Assembly: GCF_009914755.1 (NCBI RefSeq)
Contig: NC_060931.1
DNA: 64,000 bases
Source of the DNA: the human T2T-CHM13v2.0 reference genome, Homo sapiens
Direction: 5' to 3' (one strand)
Shown here one piece after another: positions 58,504-64,000 of this stretch (its first letter is position 1; every line of letters starts with the position of its first letter). The notes under the pieces were generated by a model that was not told the origin of the DNA, did no database searches, and saw only the letters and a program-made list of their open reading frames with translations. Position numbers and translations under genes: made by a program.

Positions 58504-59098
58504 GTGCTTATTGAAAATTTCTCATTACAATCTTCTATTCATGGTTATGCTGCATTTCCTCTGAAATTTTACTGCCATACAGTGGATGGCACTAATTCAA
58601 AATACCTGCCTTCCATGAGTACACAGTCAAATATTGCAGTTATCTGGACAAATTCTTTCTTAATGTTACACCAATATTACAAGCCAGATTTTATGAGTAA
58701 ACATGTCTCTTATTATTGTTTTGTAGTTCTGTATTAGTGTGTTTTTTCAGTGTAGGTTGCTTAATGTTAGTTTATTGTAATTTTTTTGTTTTACTTACAT
58801 ATTATTATTTAAGACATTTTGCAATTGTTTGTACACTTTAAGTCAATGTGGTGTTTAATAGATAAATCAGGAACATGTCTGTCACAATCAGATTATGTAT
58901 GTATGTGTTTTATTTACAAATATGACCCCTATTTTGGTTATGGCTTATCTTGTTTATATTCATTCTTAGCTGATTTTCAATGGTCGTTTTATTTTGTGTA
59001 AGTGAGTAATCATGGAAATAGTCTTATTTTTACCATGAGTTTTATAATGAATATATATTTCCTTGTGTGAGAGAAACACTTTTGTGGTTTCAGGGTAA

Positions 59099-59405
<307 letters not shown>

Positions 59406-59517
59406 GAGGGTAATTTTTGAAAAGATTTATAATTCTGTATTTTTCTCAGTTTTTCAAAAATTAATTGTAAAAACTCATAAAATTTACCATCTTAAATCTA
59501 TTCAAGTGTGCATTTCA

Positions 59518-59812
59518 GGGCCAGGCATTGTGGTGGCTTCCATGTGTAATCTCAGGATTTTGGGAGGCCAAGACAAGAGGATTACTTGAGCATGAAAGTT
59601 TGAGACCAGCCCGGGAAACATGGAGATTCAACTACAAATTTTTTTTTTTTTTTAATAGCCAGGCATGGTCTTGTCCACCTGTGGTCCCAGCTTTTTGGGA
59701 GATTTAGAGGGGAGAATTACTTGAGCCTAGGAGTTTGAGGCTATAGTGAGTGATAATTGTGCCACTGCACTCCAGCTCAGGTGACAGAGTGAGACTCTGT
59801 CCCCGCAAAAAA
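59518..59812 (+). mobile_element. AluJ-like
   Basis: Diverged dimer with T-run in the linker. Confidence 0.8.
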
Positions 59813-59819
59813 GCTGTTC

Positions 59820-63785
<3,966 letters not shown>

Positions 63786-63789
63786 GGTC

Positions 63790-64000
63790 TGTAATATGGT
63801 TTGGATGTCCATGTTCTCCAAACCTCATGCTGCAATATAATCCTCAGTGTTGGAGGTGGGACCTAGGGAAGTGTTTTGGTCATGGGGGCAAATTTTTCAT
63901 GAATGGCGTGACACCATCCTCTTGGTAATAAAAAAATTTACACTTAATTCACATGAGAGCTGGTTCATTGAAAGAACCTAGCTTCTTTACCCCACAATTC
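63790..64000 (+). mobile_element. MaLR LTR (MST-like), runs off the window
   Basis: atatggtttggatgtc..cctcatgctg..gtgttggaggtgggacct..tcatgaatgg. Confidence 0.75.

Overview
Hominid (very probably human) genomic DNA from a ZNF91-subfamily KRAB zinc-finger cluster; most of the window is transposable elements. The one live gene is on the + strand: CpG-rich promoter and exon 1 ending in ATG (34096-34098), KRAB-A exon (54653-54779) and KRAB-B exon (ending 55388). Its peptide [55 protein letters not shown] matches my recollection of ZNF138 (7q11.21); the C2H2 exon lies beyond the window. The first ~16 kb is a decayed, collinear paralog of the same gene body (truncated KRAB-A, intact KRAB-B, no zinc-finger exon seen). 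Also present: an antisense BNIP3 processed pseudogene in intron 1, two oppositely oriented full-length SVAs (one with a 3' transduction), solo LTRs (LTR2B-, LTR2-, MER9-, MER4-, MER57-, MST-, MLT-like), an ERV9-like gag/pro/RNaseH remnant, several L1 fragments and roughly 50 Alus. I found no convincing wholly new biological system. The best leads are the mutated KRAB-B splice acceptor, the SVA 3' transduction, a perfect 51-bp templated insertion, and the deletion-created KRAB exon in the paralog. Repeat subfamily names and the gene symbol come from memory of consensus sequences, not database searches; repeat ends are approximate unless TSDs are quoted.
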